Assembly: GCA_964016885.1 (NCBI GenBank)
Contig: OZ024763.1
Coordinates: 12,586,001-12,650,000 of the forward strand
Length of the DNA: 64,000 bases
Reading direction: 5' to 3'
Source: Eledone cirrhosa
Taxonomy: Eukaryota
Shown here piece by piece: positions 1 to 13,441 of the stretch (position 1 is its first letter; each line of letters begins with the position of its first letter). Made by a program: the position numbers and the translations under genes. Under the pieces are notes generated by a model that was not told where the DNA came from, did no database searches, and saw nothing but the letters and a program-made list of their open reading frames with translations.

Positions 1-162
1 CAGAGACGTATGAAATATTTCATCAGACGTCTCTGTTGAGCTCGCCTGTCTTCGAGAAACCTTTGGTAAATGGAATAATTGTATGTGTTGTTTATTACAT
101 ATTTAAATAGCTCTGTACTATACATAGAGCACTCCTTTCCTTTACCCTTTCTACGGAAATAC

Positions 163-166
<4 letters not shown>
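1..166 (+). mobile_element. 5'-truncated HHR-bearing element with fold-back 5' end
   Basis: GAA-ACC-ttt-GGT-A at about 55-68; downstream sequence resembles 45662-45715; hairpin at 1-35; ends at (TA)n. Confidence 0.45.
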
Positions 167-201
<35 letters not shown>

Positions 202-263
202 TATAAATTATGTCCATAGAATCATTTGATAAGATATATCCACCATTTCCTCTCCCAATTAGC

Positions 264-323
264 ATAATCAACCACATAATCAACCACATAATCAACCACA
301 TAATCAACCACATAATCAACCAC
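264..323. repeat. 12-bp tandem repeat (CATAATCAACCA) x5
   Basis: Directly visible. Confidence 0.9.
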
Positions 324-671
324 ACAAAAAACCAATTAAACCAGGCTATAAGATTAAAAGGCACCTATAAAGAAATAATAGATAAATAAACGACAGCCAT
401 CTATTCGCGATCAACAGCTATAGAATATTTACCCAGCATTTAAAGTAGCACGTGGAAATAGATTAATATATCGTCAACCATACACAATTAGGTATAAAAT
501 TAAAGTTAGAAGAAAAAATACCAGGATTATATATATTATATTATATATATATATATATATTATATTATATATATATATATATATTATATTATATTATATA
601 TATATATATTATATTATATTATATATATATATATTATATTATATTATATATATATATATATATACATATAA

Positions 672-766
672 TAACTAACATGGAATTGACAACATCGCAA
701 TTAGCGAATCAACATTTAATAAGTGTTGATCATCTAACTGTGATGTTGTCATATCCATGTTAGTTA
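672..766. mobile_element. Fold-back/MITE-like hairpin in a (TA)n tract
   Basis: TAACTAACATGGA..TGACAACATC..ATCAACA pairs with TGTTGAT..GATGTTGTCA..TCCATGTTAGTTA. Confidence 0.6.
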
Positions 767-789
767 CTATATATATATATATATATATT

Positions 790-1400
790 ATCTCGTCTGT
801 TCGTTTTTACCCTTTCTAGCAGTCTCTCTCTCTGTTAGCCTTCTCCTCAACTTTCACTCACTCATTCTCTGTCACTACCTCTCCTCCTCCTCTTTCCTCC
901 TCCTCCTTCAAATTTGACCTGTGTGTAATTCTTTTCTCGCGCGGTCTTGACCAAGCTGATATGGAAATTTTTTTTCTCTCTCTCTCTTTCGTCTGCGACT
1001 TCACAAAACTTATGTTTACCGAATTCGTAGACCAGACCCCTTTATCTTCTTCTCTCTTTTTCCCCCCCCGTCAAACTTGGGCGAAATTCTTTACTTGCTC
1101 ACATTTCAACCAGGTTTGATGGTCTTTTGTCTCTTGTTCACGATTTCACCGAGTTTATATTCATAGAGATCTGGGACTTGTCTATTTCCTCTCACTTTCC
1201 GTTGCTTAAACTTTTTTGTTTGTTACCCTGGCGTCCCCTTTGTTTACGTGTCCCAACGACTTTTTTTAGCCGTTGTTCGCACCAACCTGAGGCATATGGC
1301 CCTTAAAGCGATGAAATGCCTGCGACGGTTGGAGGGTCACTGATGAAGGACCTACTTTTTCACATGCCCCACCATTTGCAACGGGCAGCCTATTATTATT

Positions 1401-1404
<4 letters not shown>
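790..1404 (+). mobile_element. (TA)n-flanked non-autonomous element or Penelope-like terminus carrying the rearranged HHR
   Basis: Pyrimidine-rich body, HHR-like motif near the 3' end, (TA)n on both sides; 3' tail resembles 15431-15503 and 51551-51625. Confidence 0.5.
1282..1351 (+). ncRNA. Rearranged (non-circularly permuted) hammerhead-like RNA motif
   Basis: AGGCAT-A-TGGCCCT (1290-1303), then GAA-ATGCCT (1313-1321), then AGGGTCA-CTGATGA (1333-1346). Stem III AGGCAT/ATGCCT, stem I TGGCCCT/AGGGTCA, distal helix CCAACC/GGTTGG. Confidence 0.7.
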
Positions 1405-1445
<41 letters not shown>

Positions 1446-1531
1446 TAATAAAAATAATAAATAAAAATAAAGAAACAAAATTACAAGGTATTATTAGTTT
1501 CACGCTTGGTGAGAGTGGGGTGTGAGGGTAT

Positions 1532-1559
1532 GACGTTTCGGACATAAGCCCTTCATCAG
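1532..1559 (-). ncRNA. Minimal Penelope-type hammerhead core (proximal stem I unpaired)
   Basis: Minus strand CTGATGA-A-GGGC-TTAT-GTCC-GAA-ACGT-C, with palindromic ACGT stem III. Confidence 0.6.
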
Positions 1560-2533
1560 GAAAGTGGGGGGAACACCCAGAAAGAGTGAGGGGGGAGTTA
1601 GCGAGATAAAATAAGAAAGGGCGGGAAAAATAGAAAAAAATTGAATATAGAACATGAAGTGGAAAATTATATATACATTGAAATAAAATGGCTGTCGATC
1701 AGTGAATCGAAGAGTGAATTCAACGACCCAGTTTTCGGTGACGGAACAAAACTAAAGAAATAAATGTTTACAAACAAAATGGCCGCCAATAGATGTAAAG
1801 CGTCGCCAGCGGAAGTAATGACATTTCTCTCTCTCTTTCCCTTCCCTCTCCTCTCTCTCTTTCTCTTCCTATATGTCTCTCTTCCCCTCTATGTCTCTCT
1901 CTCTCTCTCATTTCCTCTCTTTCCCTCTATGTCTCTCCCCTCTCTCTCTCCGTGTCTCTCTGTCTGACTGTTTTTTCTATATCTTCTTCCTCTTTTTTTC
2001 TCTATCTGTTTTTCTCTCTGCCTCTATTTCTCTCTCTCTATTTATCTATATATCCATTCATCTTTCTCTCATCCTTCTCTCTCTCTCTCCCTCCCTCCAA
2101 CTGTCTATCTATCTAACCATCCATCTATACCCTCCCCTCCCCTTCCCTGAAAGTTCATGTATAATTTATTAACTCAATGTGTGTGAAAATGTAAATTTAT
2201 ATCGGTTAAAACTTTAAAAAACAAACACAACCTGTTTTATATTTTGATATATCGTTTATTTGTTGTAGATGTTGTTGTGGTTGTTGTAGTGGTTGTTGTA
2301 GTTGATGTGGCAACAACAACCTCACCCCGTCACCACCTACAATGACCACAACAACACCATAGCCACCACCATCGCCACCACAACACCAGAACAACCACCA
2401 CTACCAACATCAACAACAACAACAAGTCACCAATCTATATCAGTGAGGTTGTCAATACACTAGAGGAACAAACCTTGTCCCTTCCTTGCCTCCCCCACAC
2501 CTATCTGTACATATCTCCCCTCCTTCACCCTAC

Positions 2534-4140
2534 CGGTACACAACCACACTCACCTTACCGGTACACAACCACACTCACCCTACCTGTACACAACCACTCA
2601 CCCTACCTTTATACAGCCACACTCACCTTACCTGTACATAACCACACTCAGCCCACCTGTACACAGCCACACTCACCCTACCTGTACATAGCCGCACTCA
2701 CCCTACCTGTACAGCCACACTCACCCCTACCTGTACACAACCACACTCACCTGTACATAGCCACACTCACCCTACCTGTACACAACCACTCATCCTACCT
2801 GTATACAGCCACACTCACCTTACCTGTACATAACCACACTCAGCCCACCTGTACACAGCCACACTCACCTTACCTGTACACAGCCACACTCATTCTACCT
2901 GTACAGCCACACTCACCCTACCTGTACACAGCTACACTCACCCTACCTGTACAGCCACACTCACCCTACCTGTACACAGCCACACTCACCCTACCTGTAC
3001 AGCCACACTCACCCTACCTGTACAGCCACACTCACCCTACCTGTACATAGCCGCACTCACCCTACCTGTACAGCCACACTCACCCCTACCTGTACACAAC
3101 CACACTCACCTGTACATAGCCACACTCACCCTACCTGTACAGCCACACTCACCCTACCTGTACATAGCCGCACTCACCCTACCTGTACAGCCACACTCAC
3201 CCCTACCTGTACACAACCACACTCACCTGTACATAGCCACACTCACCCTACCTGTACACAACCACTCATCCTACCTGTATACAGCCACACTCACCTTACC
3301 TGTACATAACCACACTCAGCCCACCTGTACACAGCCACACTCACCTTACCTGTACACAGCCACACTCATTCTACCTGTACAGCCACACTCACCCTACCTG
3401 TACACAGCTACACTCACCCTACCTGTACAGCCACACTCACCCTACCTGTACACAGCCACACTCACCCTACCTGTACAGCCACACTCACCCTACCTGTACA
3501 GCCACACTCACCCTACCTGTACATAGCCGCACTCACCCTACCTGTACAGCCACACTCACCCCTACCTGTACACAACCACACTCACCTGTACATAGCCACA
3601 CTCACCCTACCTGTACAGCCACACTCACCCTACCTGTACACAACCACACTCACCCTACCTGTACAGCCACACTCACCCTACCTGTACACAACCACTCACC
3701 CTACCTGTATATCCACACCCACCCTACCTGTACATCCACACCCACCCTACACTGTACAGCCACACTCACCGTACCTGTACAGCCACACTCATCCTACCTG
3801 TATACAACCACATCCACCCTACCTGTACAGCCACACTCACCCTACCTGTACACAGCCACACTCATCCTACCTGTACAGCCACACTCACCCTACCTGTACA
3901 GCCACACTCACCCTACCTGTACATCCACACTCACCCTACCTGTACATCCACACCCACCCTACCTGTACAGCCACACTCACCGTACCTGTACAGCCACACT
4001 CACCCCTACCTGTACACAGCCACACTCACCCTACCTGTACATCCACACCCACCCTACCTGTACAGCCACACTCACCGTACCTGTACAGCCACACTCACCC
4101 CTACCTGTACACAGCCACACTCACCCTACCTGTACACAAC
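2534..4140. repeat. Minisatellite, about 24-26 bp unit CCACACTCACCCTACCTGTACA(CA)G
   Basis: Directly visible tandem array. Confidence 0.95.
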
Positions 4141-4253
4141 CCGACCCCGCCATACAGTAGTTAAAAGCTCTCAGATGTGTTAAAGGGGTATGAGAGGAGT
4201 TGCTAATGAATCTTTTACACACACACACATACACACACACACACGCACACACA

Positions 4254-4394
4254 TGTTCGGATCTAGCTGTCGAAACGGCCGGAGCTCAGCCGTCGGGGTC
4301 CTGACTCTTCTCCTATTACCCACTCTACTACCCTAAGTATTGAGTACTCTGGTACGTTATGGTCCACCTGGTTTCTTACCACACTTTCTTTGTT
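4254..4394 (+). mobile_element. Diverged copy of family B (3' half of an HHR plus tail)
   Basis: GAA-ACGGC..GCCGT-C-GGGGTCC at 4272-4301; homologous to the reverse complement of 16713-16850; ends at (TA)n. Confidence 0.7.
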
Positions 4395-5420
4395 ATATAT
4401 ATATATATTATATATATATATATATATATAAGTATGTATGTACGTATGTATGTGTATATGTGTGTGTGAATAGGCAGAGAGAGAGAGAGGGGGGAGAGAG
4501 AAGGGGAGAGTGAGTGAGTGAGTGAGAGAGAGAGTGAGAGAGAGAGATTAGATAGATATCTATCTACCTATCTATACATACGTACATACATACACACACA
4601 CACACACACACATACATCATACACACACACACATACACACACACACACACATATATCATACATACACACATACTTATTTAATGCAGTGATATCAGAATGT
4701 TAATTGGAAGTATATGTCTGTATATATCTATAAGTGTCTACTTTCTGTTGTGAGAGGAAACATTGATATATGTGATGGCAGCCAAGATGTAAGAGGGCGA
4801 AGGAATCTTCTAAATTACTTCCATCAAGATGGCTGCCATTAGCTTCCGGCAAAAATTGTTGGCAAATTGCGGCAGACATTTTGTAGACAAATTGTAAGTC
4901 AATACTTTCCGCTGTCCCTCTTGCAATTTATATATATATATATATATAATATATATATATATATACACACACAGACACACATATATATATACACACATAT
5001 ATATACACACACACACTTACGTATATACATACATATATATATATATATATATACATGTATATTCTTATGCATATCATGCGTATCTATAAATATATATATA
5101 TATAAGAGAGAGAGAGAGATGTATGTTCGTGCGTATATATGTGTATCTGTGTATGTATATATGTGTATTTTCGAATGTGTGTGTGCATGTGTGTGAGCCT
5201 GTGTATGAGTGTGTATACATTGCACACAAATTGCAAGTCAATACATTATGCTGTCCCTTCTGCAATTCCAATATCCCTGGGGCAAGGAAAACTACAACGA
5301 ATAACAACTACAACAACAACAACCAACGTCAGATTTCTTGAACATTTTCCTCTATCTCTATCAATCTTTTGCCCAGGGGTGTATAACAATTGTATATAAT
5401 AGTAACAACTACCACAATAA

Positions 5421-5597
5421 TGATTTCTGATTCAGGAACAAGACCAGCAATTTCAGGGGAGGGGAAATTCAATGAAATCGCTCCCCAGTGCGTGACTGGT
5501 ACTTTATTGTATCGACCCTGTAACGATAAAAGTAAAGCTAACCTCGGTCGGATTTTAACTCAGAACGTAAAGGAATGTAACTCTATTCTGCAAAGCA
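5421..5597 (-). mobile_element. tRNA-derived SINE, diverged copy
   Basis: CTGGTACTTTATT..TCGACCC..AACCTCGG..AACTCAG core shared with the other copies. Confidence 0.75.
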
Positions 5598-5695
5598 CAA
5601 GGCCAGCAATTAAGTCTTGTACTCTTTGTCGTTTAACGTCAATGATATCGGCATAATCACTGGCCTAATGAACCCCGGGGCTTGGAGCAGACTGT

Positions 5696-5915
5696 AACCC
5701 TGCGATGGACTGGCGTCATGTCAGGGAGAAGTCGCGTACTCTAGTCTCAGTCATTTAATGTTAAAGAATTCAGGGTAAGCAGCGGCCAAACTAGCTTCAG
5801 AGCTTGGAACAAACTTTAACCTTGCGATGGACTGGTGTCATGTCCAAGAGAAAGTCTTGTCTTCTCAGTCGCATAACACCAATGAAATCTGGATAAGCCT
5901 TCGGGTTTAAGACAG
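5696..5915 (+). mobile_element. Two tandem SINE fragments with a V-domain-like motif
   Basis: AACC(C/T)TGCGATGGACTGG(C/T)GTCATGTC twice (5696, 5818); V-domain resemblance is from recall. Confidence 0.45.
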
Positions 5916-6022
5916 ACTTTAATCCTTTTTTTAACTAGATTTTTTTTAACACATATACACATACACGTTAGCGTATGTGTATATATGTTTGCGTGTGCGT
6001 ATGTGCATATACATACATTTAT

Positions 6023-6601
6023 ATGTATGAGTATATAAATATAAACGCGCAAACACAGACACACTTACAAAAATACACACTCAGACATACATTCACACAA
6101 ACACACACACATACATTTACACAAACAGACACATACACTCACACACAGCGTAGCTTTTTCACCATCCCCTTCCTTCCATTTACACACACACACACACACA
6201 CATACATTCACGCAGGCAGCAGACGTAAAGAGAGGGGAGTGGTATGAGGCAGTCAAACTACTCCCCTCTCTTTGTGTGCTGTGTCAGAATCGCAGAAATG
6301 TATAAATAGATAAGGCATGAGAAGTCTTTTTCGAGAAGCGGGCCACATGAGACATGTCTCATCATCAGGCGGGCCGCAAGCGCTAATTTACATTCGTGCC
6401 CACATAAACAAAAGGGCGGTAACTCACATTGTTTTGATATGTTTCTTCAGAATTCGTACACGATGTTTTCCTCGATCGTAAAAGTGATAGAAAGATAAAT
6501 TACGACTGAAAAGTTGGGGTAAAAGAATCAGAAAGATTTCACTAAGGTGACTTAGGCGAGCCATACAGAAACCTTCGCTGGCCGCAGGTTGCCCATGACT
6601 G
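6023..6601. mobile_element. Non-autonomous DNA element (hAT-like right end) with internal hairpin
   Basis: Ends GGCCGCAGGTTGCCCATGACTG, resembling hAT-type TIRs; GCGGGCC subterminal motifs; leader and hairpin shared with 26471-26620. Confidence 0.4.
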
Positions 6602-6889
6602 GTATAGATTATAGAATCAAGGCCGGTTTCAGAGAATTTCGTAGTAAAAGGGTTAAGATTAACGAGGGGATTTTTTCTCTAATTTTCTCCCCATTTAATG
6701 TAGGTCTTGTTTGATTTGTTCTGGAATTAAATACGTCAGTAATAGGCCTGAGGGAGAGAAGCGCGCTCTATAGTAACTACCGTCACTCCATATAATATTT
6801 CCTTTAACATGGCGTTACACTCATCTACATGCCTATTTCCATTAATTCTCTGATGGGTCACGTGATCACTCACCTCTACACTGACACAT

Positions 6890-7930
6890 TGTCTTTTGTT
6901 TGGTTGTTGTTGTTGTTGTTGTTTGGTTGTTGGTTTGTTGCTTTGTTTTCATTTTTATTGTTGTTTTTTTTTGTTGTTGTTGCTGTTGCTGAGATTGTTA
7001 TTGTTGTTGTCGTTATTGCTGCTGCTGCGGTTGTTCTTTGCTGTTGAGGTTGTTGTTGTTGTTGTTGCTGCTGCTGCTGCTGTGGTTGTCGTTATTGTTG
7101 CTGCTGCTGCTGCGGTTGTTCTTGCTGTTGAGGTTGTTGTTGTTGCTGAAGTTGTTATTGTTGTTGCTGCTGCTGAGATTGTTATTGTTGTTGTCGTTAT
7201 TGCTGCTGTGGTTGTTCTTTGCTGTTGAGGTTGTTGTTGTTGCTGATGTTGTTATTGTTGTTGCTGCTGCTGCTGAGATTGTTCTTGTTGTTGAGGTTGT
7301 TATTGTTGCTGCTGCTGCTGTGGTTGTTGCTGCTGCTGCTGCTGCTGCTGCTGCGGTTGTTGTCGTTATTGTTGTTGCTGCTGTTGTTCTTTGCTGTTGA
7401 GGTTGTTGTTGTTGCTGATGTTGTTGCTGCTGCTGCTCTGCTGCGGTTGTTCTTGCTGTTGAGGTTGTTGTTGTTGCTGATGTTATTGTTATTGCTGTTG
7501 CAGAGGTTGTTATTGCTGCTGTTGCAGCTGTTGTTGTTCTTGTGGCTTTTGTTACTGCTGAGGTTGTTGTTGTTGCTGCTACTGTTGTTGCTGCTGCTGA
7601 GGTTGTTGTTGTTGCTGCTGCTGAGGTTGTTGTTGCTGTTGTTGTTGTTGTTGCTGAGATTGTTGTTGCTGCTGCTGAGGTTGTTGCTGCAGAGGTTGTT
7701 GCTGCTGAGGTTGTTGTGGCTTTTGTTGCTGTTGCTGCTGAGATTGTTGCTGCTGCTGCTGAGGTTGTTGTTGTTGCTGAGATTGTTGCTGAGGTTGTTG
7801 TTGCTGCTGCTGAGGTTGTTGTTGTGGCTTTTGTTGCTGCTGAGGTTGTTGTTGTTGCTGCTACTGTTGTTGTTGCTACTGCTGAGGTTGTTGTTGTGGC
7901 TTTTGTTGCTGAGGTTGTTAATATTGTTGT
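6890..7930. repeat. Complex (GTT/GCT)n triplet array
   Basis: Directly visible; several non-triplet indels. Confidence 0.9.
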
Positions 7931-7939
7931 TGAGTTTTA

Positions 7940-8153
7940 TCATTGGAAGATATTTTCGGTGGTCGATGGGAAGATAATATTGTTGATCTTGTTGTTATTG
8001 TTGTTGGTAGTAGTAGTGGTGGTGGTGATAGTGGTGATGGTAGTAGTGATGGTAGTAGTAGTAGTAGTAGTAGTAGTAATAGTAGTAGTAGTAGTAGAGC
8101 AATAATCCAGGGCACCGGGCCATGTTTTCGCTGGCAGCAAGAAACAATTTCCG
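7940..8153 (-). CDS. Weak candidate exon with a C-type-lectin-like start (GNCFLLPAKTWPGALDYCS)
   Basis: TTTCTAG acceptor at 8154; C-F..W..A..YC pattern; interrupted by a Thr/Asn repeat and ends at a stop. Confidence 0.2.
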
Positions 8154-8966
8154 CTAGAAATTATAAAAATAAACACATACATACATACATACATACACAC
8201 ACACATACATACATATATACATACATACATACATACATATATACACACATACACACATACATACATATACATGCATATATATATACACACACATACATAT
8301 ACATACACCCACATATATATACACATACATACATATACATGCATATATATATACACACACATACATATACATACACATGCATATACATACACACATACAC
8401 ACATACATATATACACACACATACATACATATACATGCATATATATATACACACACATACACATACATACACCCACATACACACATACATATACATACAC
8501 ATGCATATACATACACACCTACATACACACACACATTCATACACACATATACACACACATACATATATATACATACACAGAGATACACATACATACATGC
8601 ACCCCCCCCCCCCCACACACACAAACATACACACACACAAACATACACACGCATACACATACTAAAAAATATTCCCAACAGCAATGATAATTATTATTAT
8701 TTCTTTATAATAATACTGTTGTTGATGATGATGATGATGATGATGATAATAATGATTTCATTTATCAGCCACAAGGGCCGACATGTAGGGGACAATAATA
8801 ATGATAATGTTCCTAGTGATTTGTTGGGTGTGGGGGAGTGGGGAATCATTGAAAGTGTATTTATTATGTTATTAGAAAGCAGATCGATATCATCTGTAGA
8901 GATCTTCACTTGGAATCACTCCAACTATCATTCTAAAGATGGCTGCCAATTTCTTCTTTCTCTAAC

Positions 8967-9000
<34 letters not shown>

Positions 9001-9121
9001 AGTCTCTCTTTGTCCCTCTCTATCACTAAGTCAATCTGTCTCTCTCTCTCTCTCTCTCTCGTTGTCTGTCTCTCTCTTCCTCTCTCTGTCTGTCTCTCTT
9101 TGTCCCTCTCTATCACTAAGT

Positions 9122-9164
<43 letters not shown>

Positions 9165-9230
9165 AAGTTGTCTGTCTCTCTCTCCCTCTCTCTGTCTGTC
9201 TCTCTTTGTCCCTCTCTATCACTAAGTCAA

Positions 9231-9266
<36 letters not shown>

Positions 9267-9397
9267 AAGTTGTCTGTCTCTCTCTCTCTATTTGTATGTC
9301 TGCCAGTCTCTTTATCAATTGGACCGCCATAACAATTGGAACGAGGCCACCAATAAATGATTTTGGCCATTATCATTTCAGATTCTTCTCCCCCACC

Positions 9398-9458
<61 letters not shown>

Positions 9459-10310
9459 CATACATACATACATATATATACTCTCCCTATGTGCCTCACA
9501 TTCTCTTCTTCCTCTCTCTTTTTGTGGCCCTTCCATTCTCTCTCCTACTCCCTCGCTCTCTATTTATTTAACTCTTTGTCTCTCTCACGCCCTCTTCTCC
9601 CTCTCTTTGTGAAGCTCTCCTCCCCCATCTACTTATCTAACCTTTGTCTCTCTCTCTCTCTCTCTCTCATACCCTCTTCTCCCCTCTCTCTTTCTTTGTG
9701 TGGATCTCATCTCTCCCTCCCTATCTAACCCTCTGTCTCTCTCCCAATCTCTCTTCAAACAACATGGCTACCTTTCATTGTACAGTTTCAGTTATTTGTC
9801 ACGTATTAATTGAGACAAATGTTTCGTGCTATTGGAAAGAGAACAACAACAACAACAACAACAACTCTATTGCTGTTGGCTGTGATGATGACGACCATCA
9901 TCATCATCGTCATCACCACCAGCACACCACCTCCACCATCACCATCACCACCACCACCACCACCACAGCCACCATCGTCACCACCACACCACCACCACTA
10001 CCACCATCGTCACCACCAACATCACCACCACCACCACCACCGCCACTACCACCATCGTACATCACCACCGCCACCATCGTCACCATCATGACCACCACCA
10101 CCACCACCATCGTCACCACCACCACCACCACTACCACCATCGTCACCACCATCGTCACCACCACCACCACTACCACCATCGTCACCACCACCACCACTAC
10201 CACCACCACCACCATCGTCACCACCACCACCACCATCGTCACCACCACCATGTCGATAATGATAAATAATAGCGATAGTAATATCATTATATTTTAGTTA
10301 TTACAAATCT

Positions 10311-10431
10311 TCATGTTGTTGTTGTTGTTGTGCTAGAATAGTGATGTTTTGGCCGCTCTAACTCCACTTCCTTATCTAAGGACAGCCAGACCAGATCATT
10401 GAACCTCGTATTAAGCTCCTGCCGCCATCTT
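10311..10431 (-). CDS. Weak candidate terminal exon (RWRQELNTRFNDLVWLSLDKEVELERPKHHYSSTTTTT*)
   Basis: Open, protein-like frame in a unique island; AG acceptor without an adjacent pyrimidine tract. Confidence 0.25.
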
Positions 10432-10432
10432 C

Positions 10433-10469
<37 letters not shown>

Positions 10470-10764
10470 GAAAAAGGCAAGGAAGAAAAAGGCAAGGAAG
10501 AAGAAGAAGAAGAAGGCAAATAAGAAGAAGAAGAAGAAGAAGAAGGCAAAGAAGAAGAAGGCAAAGAAGAAGAAGAAGAAGAAGGCAAAGAAGAAGAAGA
10601 AGAAGAAGAAGGCAAAGAAGAAGAAGAAGGCAAAGAAGAAGAAGAAGGCAAAGAAGAAGAAGAAGAAGAAGAAGAAGAAGAAGAAGAAGAAGAAGAAGAA
10701 GAAGAAGAAGAAGAAGAAGAAGGCAAAGAAGAAGGTAAAGAAAAGAAGAAAAAGAAAAAGAAGA

Positions 10765-11073
10765 AATTGTTTCTACTTTTTGGCACAAGGTCAACAATTA
10801 TCTCAGTGCATTAATAAAGTACCAGTAATGCACTGGGATAATTGCTGGCCTTGTGCCAAAGGTAGAAACAATTATTATAGGGCGGTAGTTTGACAGTATC
10901 GGTAGAGGGTCGGACGCCATGCTTTGTTGCATAGAATTACGGCCCTTTATGGTCTGAGTTAAAATCCCTCCGAAGTTAGCTTTGCCTTTCATCCTTACGG
11001 GATCGAGAAAATAAAGTACCAGTAACACACTGGGGTAATTGCTGGCCTTGAGCCAAAAGTAGAAACAATTATT
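10765..11073 (+). mobile_element. tRNA-derived SINE (full copy 10881-11073) plus two 3' fragments
   Basis: A-box-like TGACAGTATCGG, B-box-like GAGTTAAAATCC, central GCCTTTCATCCTTACGGGATCGA, tail AGTAGAAACAATTATT. Confidence 0.85.
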
Positions 11074-11199
11074 TTCTTTTTCATTGTATGCTGTCAATGC
11101 ATTGCTAAGCACAGCTCTGTGTGTCTTGGGTATGTGCAGTGTTGTGCTTTTGTTGCTCTGTGTGTTCTGAGTTCGAATCATGCATCCTTCTCCAAGGAG

Positions 11200-12665
11200 T
11201 TGCAACCGGCAGATAGTATCAGCAATAGAAATATTATTCCTTTGGTTCTATCTGACAATCAGCTCCTTTTTTCTGTCAGCAATTGTGACTAACAGACAGT
11301 ATCAGCAATGGAAAGACCAATGGAAACATTGTTTCTCTGGTTTGATCTGGTGTGACCAACAGATAGTATCAGTAATGGAAAGACCAATAGAAACATTGTT
11401 TCCTTGGTCTGATCTGATGATCAGCTCCTTTCTTCTGCCAGTCGCTGTGACCAACAGATAGTATCAGTAATGGAAAGACCAATAGAAACATTGTTTCCTT
11501 GGTCTGATCTGATGATCAGCTCCTTTCTTCTGCCAGGAGTTGTGACCAACAGATAGTATCAGCAATGGAAAGACCAATAGAAACATTGTTTCCTTGGTCT
11601 GATCTGATGATTAGCTCCTTTCTTCTGCCAGTCGCTGTGACCAACAGATAGTATCAGTAATGGAAAGACCAATAGAAACATTGTTTCCTTGGTCTGATCT
11701 GATGATCAGCTCCTTTCTTCTGCCAGTCACTGTGACCAACAGACAGTATCAGTAATGGAAAGACCAATAGAAACATTGTTTCCTTGGTCTGATCTGATGA
11801 TCAGCTCCTTTCTTCTGCCAGTCACTGTGACCAACAGACAGTATCAGTAATGGAAAGACCAATAGAAACATTGTTTCCTTGGTCTGATCTGATGATCAGC
11901 TCCTTTCTTCTGCCAGTCGCTGTGACCAACAGATAGTATCAGTAATGGAAAGACCAATAGAAACATTGTTTCCTTGGTCTGATCTGATGATCAGCTCCTT
12001 TCTTCTGCCAGTCGCTGTGACCAACAGATAGTATCAGTAGTGGAAAGACCAATAGAAACATTGTTTCCTTGGTCTGATCTGATGATCAGCTCCTTTCTTC
12101 TGCCAGTCGCTGTGACCAACAGATAGTATCAGTAATGGAAAGACCAATAGAAACATTGTTTCCTTGGTCTGATCTGATGATCAGCTCCTTTCTTCTGCCA
12201 GTCACTGTGACTAACAGACAGTATCAGTAATGGAAAGACCAATAGAAACATTGTTTCCTTGGTCTGATCTGATGATCAGCTCCTTTCTTCTGCCAGTCGC
12301 TGTGACCAACAGATAGTATCAGTAGTGGAAAGACCAATAGAAGCATTGTTTCCTTGGTCTGATCTGATGATCAGCTCCTTTCTTCTGCCAGTCGCTGTGA
12401 CCAACAGATAGTATCAGTAATGGAAAGACCAATAGAAACATTGTTTCCTTGGTCTGATCTGATGATCAGTTCCTTTCTTCTGCCAGGAGTTCTGACACAG
12501 TATCAGTAATGGAAAGACCAAAGGAAACATTGTTTCTTTTGTCTGATCTGAAGATCAACCCCTTTTTTCTCCTAGGGTTTGCGACCAGCAGATAGTATTA
12601 GCATTAGGCATACTAATGGAAACATTGTTTCCCTGGGCTGAACTGATTATTGGCTCCTTTCTTGT
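11200..12665. repeat. 95-bp satellite, about 15 copies
   Basis: CCAACAGA recurs at 11451, 11546, 11641 and onward; edges are degenerate. Confidence 0.95.
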
Positions 12666-13148
12666 TCATTTATTATGTATTTATTTTTATATTTCTTTTG
12701 TATGGCAGTCACAAAGAGAGACTTTAACAAGGTTTTATCACAATCACAAACAGACATTTTGGCAAAGTTTTGTCAAACTCACGAACACATTATTCCCGTG
12801 TGGCTGACAAAACCCTATAAAATGGACACGGTTATAACAACAAACAATCAAACACTCTCTGTCTGTCAGTCTCTCTCTCTCTCTCTCTCTTTCCGTCCCT
12901 TTCCCTCTCCAAACAAGATGGCTACGTTTCATTGTACGATCTTAGTTATTTGTCACGTATTAATTTTGACTCTGAATACAAATATTTTGCGGGTTAAAGA
13001 GGAAAATAGAGGAGAAAGAAAGAGAAATTACAGGAAAGAAATGAAAATAAGAAGAGAACAAATAAGAAAAGTGTTTGTTGTTATTTGTTGTTTTCTGGGA
13101 TAAATACAATGATACGATTAAAACAGGGTTAGGGTTGAGGGTGGGGGT

Positions 13149-13410
13149 ATTGGTGCTACTGCTGTTACTGGTGCTACTACTACTACTGCTGCTACTACTG
13201 CTGTTGCCACTACTGCTGCTACTACTACTACTACTACAACTGGTGCTACTGCTGTTACTGGTGCTACTACTACTACTGCTGCTACTACTGCTCTTGCCAC
13301 TGCTGCTACTACTACTACTACTACTACTACAACAACTGGTGCTACTGCTGTTACTGGTGCTACTACTACTACTGGTGCTACTACTGCTGTTGCCACTGCT
13401 GCTGCTGCTG

Positions 13411-13441
<31 letters not shown>

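Noticed and set aside
10881-11073. A/B boxes as a tRNA gene
   Set aside because: Part of a multicopy SINE; no cloverleaf.
11200-12665. 95-bp satellite as an HHR-containing satellite (has CTGATGA and GAAACATTGTTTC)
   Set aside because: No stem I or stem II pairing in register with the core.
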